From Hydrolagus colliei (Eukaryota), in assembly GCA_035084275.1 (NCBI GenBank), contig CM068754.1:8370001-8434000 (forward strand): DNA of 64,000 bases, given 5' to 3'. The position numbers and the translations under genes are program-made. Under the pieces are notes generated by a model that did no database searches, was not told the origin of the DNA, and saw only the letters and a list, made by a program, of their open reading frames with translations. Shown in pieces: positions 39,126 to 52,544 of the stretch. The first letter of the stretch is position 1; the number at the start of each line of letters is the position of its first letter.

Positions 39126-42100
39126 CAACTCTCTCTGTCATAAAATGTTACTTTTGTCATCCCTAAAATCTGGTTATAAGTATGATTTTCTCCTTGCCTC
39201 AAAACTCCCCCCAAATTCCCTCCCCCTCTCTATCTCTGCACCACCCCATTCCCCACCCCCACCCCACCTACTCCCTCAACATTCAGAACATTGCCCAGCT
39301 CCAAAGATTTCAGTGTTCTTTCTGATGACCTTTAGTGAGGTTTCATGGAGAGTAAAGTGGGCAAAAGTATTGCATCAAATTTGTTATGAAACATTGAATT
39401 TTCCATACCATCTTAACTTAACCCTAACACATCAGTGGAATGGATCAAGGGGCTCCAGAGGCTGGGAACAATTCCATACATCTACAGGGAATGATAATTA
39501 TCACATCCCACAATGTCTTTTCACTGCACGTTACATGAGGAACAGCAGGAAACTATCAGCGTGAAATACAGCAACAGCAATTTATATTTTAAAAATCAGC
39601 ATGTTGTTTATTTTAACTTTGTTTCAGGCCCTTCATAATTTAAATATAATCTTGGAATTCAGCCCTTGTAATGCAGAGTTATAGATTGTTTGTGAGGTTT
39701 AATGTCTTAATGATGACCCATCAAAGTGAGTACAAGACTGAATAATTACTATGTACTGTACCTCTATCTCTCACTGCGCTCACCTGCTTCTCTGACATGG
39801 CTCAAATTACAAGCTGCACACCATCCAAGAATGATTCCAATAGAATTCAGTAATCAGATAAAAGTTTCTGTATTCTAATCATTAAAGTGATTTACCAATA
39901 CTGTGCTCTTTCTGCTTTGGTAGAAAATTCATCATCTCTCAAGGTCACATGCATGTCAATTAACTGTTCTTGATCTTGTCCCGCGAAGCATGACGATTCT
40001 CACAAATTATTTTTTCAAACAATTAAATAAAAAATTGCCCATTTCATTAGCACTTTTGATGTTTACGTTGACGCTTTTTCTATAGCATATGAACAGATTC
40101 ATGGCAGAGATTCGAGCTTAACTTTACAGGGGATGAAAGTGGATTTCCTTCGTTTCGGTGAACGGTGGTGAAAGAAGCAAGACTTGTGATTTCAAACAAC
40201 ACATTATTAAGTTCTGCACAACATCTGATTAAAGCTCTGAACAACGACTCATGATTGGTGGAAACACCGTGTTGGAATCCTCAGGAGGCACTTTCACTTT
40301 GTATCAGAAGCACTGGTGTGAAATCAAGATTTGAAAATGCATATTTTAATGAAAAACAATTTGCAGTTATATAAATCTCCAAGGTGCAGTAAAATCACAT
40401 TTGAGTTACAATCACAATAATCCTTGCATTTGATATACTAGTGCCTTAAGACTTTATCAAAATGTCTTTGAGGAGCTTTGCAGGGTTTTACTGTAAGTGT
40501 AGTAAAATATATATTTTATTATTTCAATCTTATTTGAAAGCAATTGTTCCTCCTTTCACAATAGTAAAAGCAGTGAAATAGCCACAGGTTATTTTATATA
40601 TTGACTAATCTTCCTGGGAGTGGAAGGATGGTAAGTCAAGTCTCATTGGAACTGAGCTGGATCCAAGTTGACATTCTGCACACTAAAGCCTAATGGTTAG
40701 GGTGAGACTAGCTGGAAAAGAAGTGAAAAGCTTGCCAGAGCAGTGCTGTCAAATTGTTCAGTTTTAGTTGGATAAACTCCAGCAGCACCTCAATGCACAC
40801 TCTGAGGTTGCCAAGTCTTAGCCTTTCCTAACCTATGCTTAACACTCCTTGGTATTCAGGTGTGCTTCATCAGGGAGAGTGTGCATTCCATTCCTGACAA
40901 TATTAAAACAACCGTCTTGTAAATGGTTCAGAAAGACTGTCTTTCTCTCGTCTTTCGATAGATTTACTCAGATGTATGAAGAATTCCAGGTAGGTTTCCT
41001 TTCCAACCCACATTTGACAATTGTTCCTTCTTCAAACCACATAAGAGATATGATATCATCAGCTCCTTGTTGGCCCAAATGATGATGGCATTGGCTGGTG
41101 ACAACTTTACCAGACAGATCTAGATGATTCAGGTTCCATTCTCGGTCTTTGCTACATTAGTTGTTCTTAGTAGGGGCAGCAACAGAAGAGTGTCTGGAGA
41201 GCTGACAATTCTGCTCAAGCTTCTTCTCCTGACGCACAGCGCTGCTGAACACACACAGAGCTCAACAAACACAGCACTGCCTAAATAAAGTACTACTCAA
41301 CGCATTGAATTTAGGTGGAAATTCATTGAATTGGTTTAGCAGTGACAATCAACCAGAATGGGAAGTCACCAGTAAAGTAACAATACCAGCCTCCAATTCC
41401 AGTTTAGAAGTTAAATTGTTACCTTTTGGCCATTTGCATCGCATTTCCTTCACATTTTCCACAACGCAATAAAGAGATGCAATAATCCAGTTATTTTGCT
41501 GAGTTACACTTTTGCTGTTGCACAGATGAACCGCAAAGTGCTTGTAACCTGCGGATAATGATATATTTACAATACATTACCAACAGAAATAGGACTTCAG
41601 ACCAAAATAATCACTGCTGCAAATGTATACTTTAAAGAAAACTGCATTGACCATTTTCTCTCAGTCCCTCACTCCCTCAAGTGTGTTTAAGAGGACCATT
41701 GATGGCAGAATTGGAAGCAAACACCATTATATTAAGAGGGGCAACTTCCCATTGTGGTTTTACTGTCACTGTGTGAAAGGCATCAAAGATGAAACATAAT
41801 ACCACTGGCGAATGAATTTAAATCCCATCGAGAAGATTTGGTTCACAAAATATAAGGCTGGAATGGAAAGTTATTACAACAACAACAAAATTACATTTAT
41901 AGAACGCCTTTCACATGGGGAAGACGTTTCATTTAGAATAAAAATGTCTGGATCTGTACATCCTGACAGTTTATCAATACTAAATGCACTCTATATTGGG
42001 TCATTTTGGTGGGTCAATAGTGAAACAGGTTTGAGTTACATCAATGGCTGACACTCAAAGCTTTCAGCTGCAACCGTGATAAATTTAGTGGGTTTTCAGT

Positions 42101-43611
42101 CAGGCAGATTGTTCGCAACTTGCACCTCAGTTATACAGGAATATTCAGGTTTAATTCAAGATAAGCCAAATAGAATATGATCCTCCACAACTTAGACTGA
42201 GCGCTGTCCTGGTCATCTTGTACTTTGGGAGTTATTAAATTACTGAACCAATTACTGACCCAGTGGTTAGAAACTAGACTTGGCATGGCATAATATTGCT
42301 CATATTGGCTTGATGAATATTTATCTCTTTGTTGCCCCAATCTAAATAGGGGCCAGAAGTTGTCCAATTTTACTTTCATGTGCAATCATGGTAAATAGTT
42401 CAAAGTTCCTATTTATCCTTGAAAGAACATTAGCTGCACATAATAATAAAGAAATAAAATATATGCAAATTTGTTACTGTACTATAGCAAATAGGCTTAT
42501 TGAGGTAGATGCGGAGGAGAGAATGATTCCCATAAAGCTTTTGCGTGATCCATTTTGCCCTACAATGTATTCTATCGCTGATTGTTGAATAACATTAGCA
42601 CGAAAAGCAGAGCCCATGGAGGAGTTTGCAAACCCTATGTATATCTCTAGCCTCCCAGCTGAATGAGGATGCATGAAGGTGAATGACTGTGGAGAAGAAG
42701 GAATTAAAGGAGACACTGGGGAAAAAATATAAATGTGTTGCAGGCAGCTACTTTATTTAACAGCAAGTCAGATCACAGCAAGTTCTGCTTGACGGCGAGT
42801 TTGATATTTCTTCACATTCATTTCTGTGACAGTAAACTTCTGTTAAGAATTATGAAGCCTATTTCCTGCTGAGTGGATGCAAAGCCACACTGTTAGCAGA
42901 TAAAATGAGTGTGCATCTCAACCCAACCAATTTTTTACTGGGCGGTGAATTAAAGCAGTAAACAGGTGATCTGAACTTTAAACTGTGGTTCTTGCCAACC
43001 ATGTGGATATGCACGTACATTGACCTCACAACGTTAAATATTCACTTCATGATTTGAAAAAAAATACAGGAAAGTTACTTCAAACTTGCTTTATCTTTGG
43101 TCATCCACGTATCTGACACATGCAGAAACCCACCACTGCGCTTAAGATTATTCAAACAAATAGATTTATATATGTATGTGTGCCAGCTACACATGGAAAT
43201 TCCTGGAATGCAATGCACACTCTCACCTTAGAGGGACACAGCCTGCTTACCTAATTTCACAACAATGTGATAAAGCGCTATATGAAATGCAGGGATTATT
43301 AGCATTATTATTGTCCATGTCCACAATGGAAAGAAGATGTAGTCCTGCAAATGCCACTCTCTAATTAGAGCTGACTAAAAAGGTACGACTTTGTTGACCC
43401 CGATGATTTTATTCATTGTTTGAGGAACAGAAAACACAGCAATTTCACAACAGCAACTGATTTTTTTCCTCCCCTTAGGAAATGCTCAAAGGTTTGGATA
43501 TCTCATGAATAATGCATTCCAACATTTTGACAAAAATGCCATCCCATCTGTATACATCAGAGCAAATGTCTCAGGTAACAACATTATCTGTTTATTTAAT
43601 ATTATATTACC

Positions 43612-43990
43612 TAGGGTCCGTCGATATCGAAATTTTCCGATATTGATATATCGTTTTGCCCATATCGATATTTACCGATATATCGATATCATGGTTTTTT
43701 TTGTCCCGTGCATGCGTGCGCATTCGGAGGTACCCGCGTATTCGGGGGTGCGCACGCATTTCGGTGTGCGCACGCGTTCGGATATCGACAAGGTAAGTTG
43801 AAAAAGTCCGCATTATACCGATATATACCGATATATCGATATATCACCGGACACGATATACCGATATATCAATATTTTTTGTTCATATCGAATTTTTCGA
43901 TATATCGATATATTTTAAATTCCGATATCGACATATTGATATGAAAATTATATCGATATAACCGATATATCGATATATCGCCGGACCCTA
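43612..43990. mobile_element. Non-autonomous hAT-type DNA transposon (MITE), 379 bp
   Basis: TIR TAGGGTCCG(T/G)CGATAT at both ends; exact 8-bp TSD ATATTACC (43604-43611, 43991-43998); many subterminal CGATAT/ATATCG motifs. Confidence 0.93.
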
Positions 43991-46900
43991 ATATTACCAC
44001 AGAAATCCTAAAGGGTCACACTGGCTCTGTATTTACGGAGCATTTCAAAAATTTACTGACAAAAATGAGTCACCACACTTCACAGTGAATCCCGTAAAGC
44101 ACTTTGATATTGTGAACCCGTATACTCTGCAACCCAGGCCCATCAGTCAATTTTCTAAAGTTCTGATCCAATGGGAAGTCATTCACTTTCTGGTGGGACT
44201 GCTGGCATTTGGTGAAAGGTTTTAATTATGCCTCTCAACTGTTTCTCAATGCAAACGAATCATAAAGGTCCATTTATACAATTGCAACAGGTCATTTAGC
44301 TAACCAAAGTTAAAACTCACATAAGATTTTGAAAATGCCTTTTTAGCAAGTAAGATAGAAGTGCAAATAAAAGCATTGCAATTGCTAAACACTATCAATA
44401 CCTAACAAATTATTCACATTCAATACACTGCATTACAACAGAACCAGTTCCTTGAGGCCATATTGGTTTATCTTACAAACAGCTGCTGGGAAGATTTGCT
44501 CAGTGTCTCTTTTTTTCCTGAAACAGTAATAGTTATAATTAAGGGAAGAAGGTTAGCTTCTTTTTGGTGTAATCAAAGCTTCAGTTTTATGCTTGGATTC
44601 AAGTACACTTATAAAACATATCCAGTAATATTGCTGTATTTACTGGTATTGAGTGTATCGATATTTCCTGCAGTCAATAACACTGCGAAAATGTAGGTCC
44701 TAAAAATAACATTGAATGTGCTCTGTTTCACAAGTTTTATTGAAATAGGGGGGAAGTGCAGCGGCTGTCAATACACGTTAAAGATGAGCAAAAGTGTATT
44801 GACCCAAATATTAGTCTCCTGATTAATGTGACTGTCACTTGTTTGAATAATAATTGTGTTTGGAAAATAAGCTTCCAGTTGTCCTTGCAAAGTTTGGGTT
44901 CCATAAAACTGTAAACCACAACACAACACAATATTTGCTAGTTAGCACAAAGCATAAGTAGACTCCAATGAATTAAAATAATTGGGTTTGAATGAGTTAA
45001 ATCCAAAGTGTCTAGCTTCTGTCATACATTGATCCATTCATCCTATTTTCTGTTCAATAGCATTCTATTTAGATGATTTTTAAAATCTTAGTGTCTGGGT
45101 TCTATGGTTATTCTATTTCTAATAACCCTTATCTTTCAAGTCAGGAGGCTGTGTCAAAGAACATCCAGAGGATACACTGTAAAGTACAGTGTCTGTGTAT
45201 TTGGGGGCGAATGCTGCAGACAATTTGCACCCAGTAAAATCCTGCAAATAGCCAAGAACTGAGTGACCGATTTTATCCGGAGGGAGTTGAGCTGTAAATA
45301 GATGATTGCTTCCCCCCACCCTCCTCGCTGTGCAGATCGCCCATGTATCTTAAAGGGACGAAAGAGGAATGACCAGTCGGCACCATGCAAAAATTCCTAA
45401 TAAACATACAATTTTCATTAAACAAATAAACTACTTGGAGTGTCAGCCTAGACTATATGAGTTCCAAGCCAGCAAGTAGAATTTTATCACATTTAATAAA
45501 TTCTTAACAAATAAAGTCTTAACTTTGAAGCCTGTTTCCTGTAGGTTATTTTCAGAACCTCAGAAAACTGACCTCAGAGTGAAGACTGAATTCAACAATT
45601 TGCCAAACTCAGGATTTTCTAAAATTGCTACACAGAGCATGTAAAACTTGACCCGAGTGCAATTTTTCCCATAAATTGTCTTTTTGGGGAAAAAAAACTG
45701 TCCTGCCCTTAATGCATAAAAGTATCCAGGTTATTAAATGAATTGCTTTCATTTTGTTTGATTTGAAAATGAATATAGATTTACCAAGCCCAAACACTTC
45801 CAGGTCTGATATTATTAAGAGTACAACACAGCTTTATAAACCAGCCTTCCGTTAAGGGAAATTGTGCTCAAACTATTAATTTTTCAATATGTCTCCTAAG
45901 TGCAGCTGTAAAATCTTTTTGGGAGAATATTTTGCTTCAGGCAAAATTGCAAGACAATTTCATGGAAAATGTCACATTTTTTGTCGTGCTTCCATCAAAT
46001 CTTCAATAGTTTGTGCTGTGCAGTTTGCAATTCAGAGTATGCTTTACGGAAAGCAAGAGAGAAAGTGAATTAAAGTTCTAAATTTGTTGCATCTATATTA
46101 TATGTAGATTAACAATTCACACTGACAGTTGTGATAATTCCAGTGGTTTATACTCTATTCCTTCATGCCCCACCGTGAGCCTGGAGCAGGGCAACTAATG
46201 AACATGTTGCAAGACCACTGAAGCGAATGCTAATCGCTCAGGAACTATAACAATTGCAAATGTTAATGCATATAGCATATGTTCCCTCTCTGACATCCAG
46301 ACTCAAACTGAGAATGTAGCGAACCGGACAGTCATGCAATACCACTTTGCAGAGCACTGCAATCTCTGCAATCATAATCACTGTAAATAATTAATCACTG
46401 TAATCACAATCTGCAATCATTGCAAATGTTATAGAAAAACATACTTGGCTAGACCTGCAGGGCTGAAACTGTGCTTACTTTCAATCAATGGTTATACAGT
46501 ATCTAGTAATAAATGGTCTTCATTTTTACACTGTTGCTTCAATGTTGTCACAATCCTTTTTTAAGAAAATAGTATGAGGTTTAAGTGCAGAAGGTAACGC
46601 TGTAGAATGAATGTCCTATATAAAACACTCATTCAGAAAATGAGTTACCTTAACTCTTGCAATGAAACGCACTTGCCATAATCTTGAAAGTTGTTAGTAA
46701 GAAGTAACATTGTTTGGTATACTCCAAAAGAACCCACAGACTGAAAGACAACATCAACATACCTAGAAAGACAACAACAACAGACCTATCGATAGTAATA
46801 CAGAGGTTCATTATAAAATATTTGTCTTGGCAATCTGTATTGTAATCTGAAGGCTTCCTCTCCCTGATGCGGATCATGTTTATCAGACAGATCACAAGCA

Positions 46901-47270
46901 TGGAAAACTCCATTGCAAATGGAGACTAGGTTTGCGAAACAAGTCGCGAGCAGTGTTACTGTTGGGATTCTGAACACTGCAATTACGGACTATTTGATAG
47001 CATCCCCATGACATGTCATACTCTCTAATCTATCGGTGGCAGTCGCCTTGTATTGTTGCAGCAATGTACAAGTTATCTTACCATGAAGACTTTAGCCGTG
47101 ACCTATTGATGTTCCTTTTGAATGTTTTAGATGGTTGTTATACCTGAGCCTGTTATGGTAAATCCCGCATGAAGCCGTCTCTTTCGTAAGGGTGGGGGTT
47201 GGGGGGAAAAGCCATCAATTTTTAGAGGTTATGTAAACGAATGCAGCAAACTGATAACTCAAGCCCGACT

Positions 47271-47546
47271 TGTCAGGGTTGAGCGGGAACAGCCTCTCTG
47301 CTCCCAACTGTGGAACTCCATCCCGCAGCCTTGCTTTCCTCCTTCAAGGCCGGTCTCAAGAACCTTCCTCTTCGACTGCGCCTTCGACAGCCCCACTAAC
47401 TCTTGCCACTCTCCCACTCTCCTTCCCCCTACCCCGACCCTCCCCGCCACGCTCGGGTCCCGACCTGACTATTCAGCGCTTTGGGACGTCCTACTGACGT
47501 GAAAGGCGCTATATAAGTGCAATTTTGTTACTGTTGTTGTTGTTGT
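47271..47546 (+). mobile_element. L2 3' end
   Basis: LSAPNCGTP / FKAGLKNLPL remnants, tail CAGCGCTTTGGGACGTCCTACTGACGTGAAAGGCGCTATATAA plus (TTG)n. Confidence 0.85.
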
Positions 47547-47658
47547 CACCACTACTTAAGGCAAGTCATTATGCTGTCAGTATCCTGTATACACATTTCC
47601 TATCTGACTAGTCTTATTTTATTAATAAATCCAATAATTTGCCAACAGTGTACTATTT

Positions 47659-47972
47659 GTGGAGTCCTGTAGCTCAGTGGTTAGAGCACTAGCCTTACAA
47701 GCGAGAGACTTGGATTCAATTCCAGGCAGTGCAAAACCTTGGCAAGTTCCCCTACTCTACATGCCTAATAATAATTCCTATATATTAAAAAAATTGGCTA
47801 TTTCAATCCACAACTGTTTGTGGACACTGCTGTGTACAATTGGCTGCTGCGTTTCGCCAACATATATAGTCAATTCACTTTACAGTATGTTTTGTGAAGC
47901 GCTTTGAGACATCTAGAAGAGGTGAAAAGCACTATATCAAATGTAAGGATTATTATTAGTATTAGTAGTAGT
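47659..47972 (+). mobile_element. Full-length tRNA-derived SINE
   Basis: GTGGAGTCCTGTAGCTCAGTGGTTAGAGCACTAGCCTTACAAGCGAGAG head, shared body, (ATT/AGT)n tail. Confidence 0.9.
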
Positions 47973-49158
47973 ATCTGCAGCAACTCAGTACATTTACACT
48001 GTGAAGTCTTTTGCTTATTGCAACCGCAAACCACACAGGAACTGAGGACTTCATGGGAAAAAGTAATTTCTAAAAGTAATTTGCTTTTGCTTGCACATCA
48101 GTGAATCAGGTATAGGACCCAGCAGCAGAAATGAAGGTGAAAGTGTGTGTTTATTAGGAGTTTTACAGTGTCTATGATTGTTTCAGCATTTGATTTCACT
48201 TTGTGCTGAAAGATTTACTGATGTGTAACTCTTGAAATGTTCATGCTTTGAGTTCATTATTGCCTAAATAAAGTATTTGTCAGCTAGCGTGTCAAAATAC
48301 TGACAGGCTAACAAATACCACGTGAGAGAGGCAACAGATAATCCAAAATGCAAAATCAGGTGAAACAGATCCTATAAGACTAAGACAGGGATTTGCCATT
48401 GCTCATTGTGTGGTATGCTGAAATCTCTACAACAGAAGGTGGCTGAATAACTCATTCACCAACACAGTAAATTACCAAAACTAGCAACCTCTTCATTCCC
48501 TGTTTGTAACAGTATTATAAACACATAACAATAGAAATCAACAATGTAATAGGCCTCTCGATCAGTGAGCAGATTAACAGGTGGAGATTTATCTTTAACA
48601 CATCCCACTCTTGGGCCGTCACATATTCATGGTATGGATGTTTCAAACAATCAGGATATCATGAGTCTCATTTGGAGGATTCCTTAACGGCATTTGCTTA
48701 ACAAACAAACCATTAGAATTCCCATCAACTGGTAGGAACTTGGCTGAGGAAGTTCACTGGTAATGGAGCAGATCTCCATGTTGTTGGTGTGATATTTTTC
48801 CAGTTACTGGAAGGAGCTTCCACTTTTCATGTTTCAGTTTTAATTTTTTAAATCCTCAAAGGCACTAAGATCACATACATTTATGCAACTTGTATTTAGG
48901 TTATATTTAGGTTGTATTTGATGCAAGGTATCGTCATGGCCTGTTATTATTCAATTAAATCCATCAAGTGAAAGTATCCAAACAATGCATTTGCCATAAA
49001 GATTCCTTATAACATTAACAAATTAAAGTTGCAGTATTTGTTTTCATGACTTTACATGTTTACAACGTTATAAGTACACAGATAGGGCAATAATATGTTT
49101 ATTTCACAGTCCAGATGTACAGCAGGAGGCACATATGAATGCACGCTTGTATTCATTT

Positions 49159-49541
49159 GTGGAGTCCTTGCAAGCGAAAGTATCTAGGTTTGATTCCCAA
49201 GTAAGGCGAAATGCTGGGCAAGTTTCCTTAGTCCACACACCTCTGTTTAACTAGCAGTAAGTAGGAACTTGGTTATTAGTCGATTGGTGGATCACATTTC
49301 CGGGGTTAATGCTCCATTCAAAAATAAACAAATGATTAAGTGAGTAAATTTATAAATGAATAATAATAATTGGGTCATTCAATTCATGATTGTTTGTGGG
49401 AAACTGCTGTGCACAATTTGCTGCTGCGTTTTGCCTGCAAAATATACTGTACAGTGAATTCACTTTTCAGTACATTCTGACAAGCGTTTTGAGACATCTC
49501 AAAGGCATAATAAGGCACTATCAAATGCAAGGATTATTATT
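49159..49541 (+). mobile_element. Longer SINE variant with extra central domain and deleted A box
   Basis: Same head start, body and tail as the short family plus ~90-100 bp of extra sequence from 49241. Confidence 0.75.
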
Positions 49542-50518
49542 AATATCATTATGCGATGAAAACATGCCTCAAAACATGACATAACAATATTACTTATATA
49601 AATCTGAGACCGTTTGTCTGGATGTACGAGTTAAATGTGTATTTGCCCAGTAATATCAGATTTTTACTTACTCTTTCATGCTCCACATCAAAAGGCAGCC
49701 TTTCTAAAATGGTACCCAGAGGATTAAAAACAAAAATTATTGATAAAAGAAAATCCTGCTGTTGCTTATTATAATTTGACTTAAATGTTAAACTTACACA
49801 CTTGGTGGGAATGTGGGCAATAATGCTTAAAACGTTTGTTGATGCCTCAAATCCATTTCAAAAAATGGTAAATTGCGGCACTCGCTCGGGTTAATAGAAA
49901 GTATAAGTTGCAGTAATGAGGCTATTCTGCAAAAATATTGATGTCATATAGAATTTTCTTTTCTCCGCAGCGAATGCTGTCACAGCATGAGCTGAATGGC
50001 ACAACATATGGCAGCAGAATTACCTTTATACCACCCAGGAGCAGGGTATATTTCATCCAACACCAGGGACTGCGCTGACAGGCAGTAGATTCCACGCTGC
50101 ACATGTTCAGCATCCCAAATTTCTGTTCTTTTGCTGCTCTTTCCCAAAGTAGAGGGTGGTGTGCACCAATAGATTCTTAAACCCCCGTCAACAATTTAAT
50201 AAGGAACACAAATCGCCCTGCCTGGGTAGATTACGATTGTGCATATGGCAAGCCATTCAGGAAAATTTGAAAGTGTGTTGTGTGTTAGCTTTTCTTTCTA
50301 ACTAACTACATGATTATAACAAAGATGTTAGACAATTCCAATAAAAAAAATCCAGAATTAGCCCTTTATGCCCATCTGAACTTTTGAACAAAATCAGTTC
50401 ATTTTAGGCAGAGATTAATCTGACCTCAGAATTCCCTTCTTTGAGAGTGATACGAATTACGTGCGCCTAACTCAGACTCCGGCTTCCAATTGAATGTTCT
50501 CCACCTATACATTGAGCG

Positions 50519-50690
50519 CTTAATAATAATCCACGCATTGGTATAGCGTTTTATCACCACACTGAGACATCTCAAAGCGCTTCACAATATTTATTGTAAA
50601 GAACAGTGACTGTGTATTTTGTCGGTGAACAGGCCAGTCAATTTGCACCCAGCAAAGTTCCATGAACAGCCATGAAGTGAATGATTAGTC
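50519..50690 (-). mobile_element. SINE 3' fragment
   Basis: Tail and body motifs (GAGACATCTCAAAGCGCTTCACA, TTTGCACCCAGCAA). Confidence 0.7.
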
Positions 50691-51171
50691 AAGTAGAGGG
50701 GTATTAGACATACATTGTTGGCATTTGAAACAAAGAGTGGGATTGGATTTAAAATTGTGATACTATATGCCCACATTTATCAACCACCTTGGAACAATGG
50801 CTGAGTGCTACATTTTGGCCACACATGGTGTGATCAAAATACTTGTAGAAGGTAATTTCTGGTGTAAGTTATTATTTAAGGAATATTCATGTCGGAAACT
50901 TTCAAGTCATTCACCACCAAAAGCAAATGTCATAAGAAAATTTACACGGAGTAATTGACTTTGATAGATTTGCACGAACCTAAAATTGCCCTAAACAACC
51001 AACAATTAAATGGCACAGATAGTTTCACTGACTCCCCGGACACATAGTTTAATTTCATGTAATTCTTCATGCCCCTCTACAATATTCCTAAAACCTCTGA
51101 AATTATTTTTGAACCGTTTATCTGCGGATATTGATACAGTAGTTAGTTCCTCAGCCTCACTGTAATTGTAT

Positions 51172-51312
51172 GATCAGGGGTCACAGTCTTAAAATTAAGG
51201 GTCAGCCTTTTAGAACAGAGTTGAGGAAACATTTCTTCACTCAGAGGGCTGTAGATGCTCAGTCCGAATGGCCTACTCCTGCTCCTAATTCTTATGTTCT
51301 CATGTTCTTATG
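51172..51312 (+). mobile_element. CR1 3' fragment with internal deletion
   Basis: RGHSLKIKGQPFRTELRKHFFTQRAVD fused directly to the terminal GAATGGCCTACTCCTGCTCC...TTCTTATG. Confidence 0.8.
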
Positions 51313-52544
51313 ATCTTCCCCTGAAAGGTGATCTATAGCAGAGGGTGAGTTTGAAGAGTATTTTAAACAGTTATTGCCCACATTGTGGCAATTGCAAATG
51401 GAGTATTAGTTGAAGTAACTACAGTACAGTATAAGGAATCAATCTTGAGTTGGTTTTCACAGCCCTGAGGAGGTCATTGAGCAATTTCACCACATTGGGA
51501 ATGGATAAACCATAGTGCAATACCCAAGGGCTCAGGAAGGGCAGGATATCTGTCAATAAGAGGAGACGGAGAAGTTAGAACAGAAATAACACAAGGAATC
51601 GGAATCAAACTTCTGATGTTTCACAAGGCCACACATTTTACTACATTGGCTTTGAGAACCGCAATTCACTTTGTGCCACAAATAGCAATAAATGAGTGGA
51701 ACAGAATTAAACAAATTAGCACATATTAAAGCCCACAAATTAATAATAATCCTTGCATTTGATATAGTACCTTATCACGACTTTGAGACATCTCATCGCG
51801 ATTCACAGAATATACTATAAAGTGAATGGGCTGTTTATTTTGAGGGCAAACCGTACTCTATTTTTAACTTGTGTTGTTCAAAGAACTGAGGTATTCAATG
51901 GGCATTTAACAGCAACACCTCTTTTTCAGTGGCTTATGTTTTTTGGTGAGATGGATGGAGAGACCGTGAATGTGGGCTTTAAAGAGAAGTAGAAAATGTC
52001 TGAACTCCTCGATGCAGTTTGCAGTCTTCAAAGCTGGCTGTCGATAGCCAGAGGTGATCTCATTGGATGCATATATTTCTTGTGCGATGGGAGTTAAAGC
52101 CCCACATAAGTGATCAGGCGTCAGCCCACCTTCTGAATTCATCAGTGATGCGGCCATAATTTAAAAGTTGATCTAATGCTTTTAGAGCTTCTGAAACAGT
52201 CTGCAGTGATACAGTGTGTTAATCCAGTTAGTGGCATTCACAATGCTTCCATTGCGAATCAGGAACTCTTCAAAAGTGTGATCCATAACAGCGAGCAAAG
52301 CTTGTTTTCATGGTTTATTCTGCAATAATTGTGCAATTACAATAATACTGGTATTATCAACAACTCACTTTGGACAATTAAGTTATTCTTTAACGCGCTG
52401 AATAAGCAGAAATTTCATGAAATTATTAAAACAAATGCTAGATAGATAACCCTGTGCATACATGCCTGCATTCCTCGTAGATCCGGTGGAGTAAAGACAT
52501 CACTTGGCTAGCACTCGTTTATAAGATCAGATGGCTGCAAGTTG

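Noticed and set aside
38848-39564. 238-aa ORF
   Set aside because: Starts in a degraded L2 and runs through low-complexity C-rich sequence; no coherent domain
43620-43980. Repeated CGATAT units as a CRISPR-like array or CpG-island promoter
   Set aside because: Irregular spacing, and bounded by TIRs with an 8-bp TSD; explained as a MITE
47659-47730. tRNA-Val(TAC)-like cloverleaf (also in the other SINE heads)
   Set aside because: No acceptor-stem closure and always followed by SINE body and tail; these are SINE heads, not tRNA genes
49971-50078. Strong plus-strand acceptor TTTTCTTTTCTCCGCAG followed by a 35-codon frame
   Set aside because: No convincing donor and no recognisable peptide
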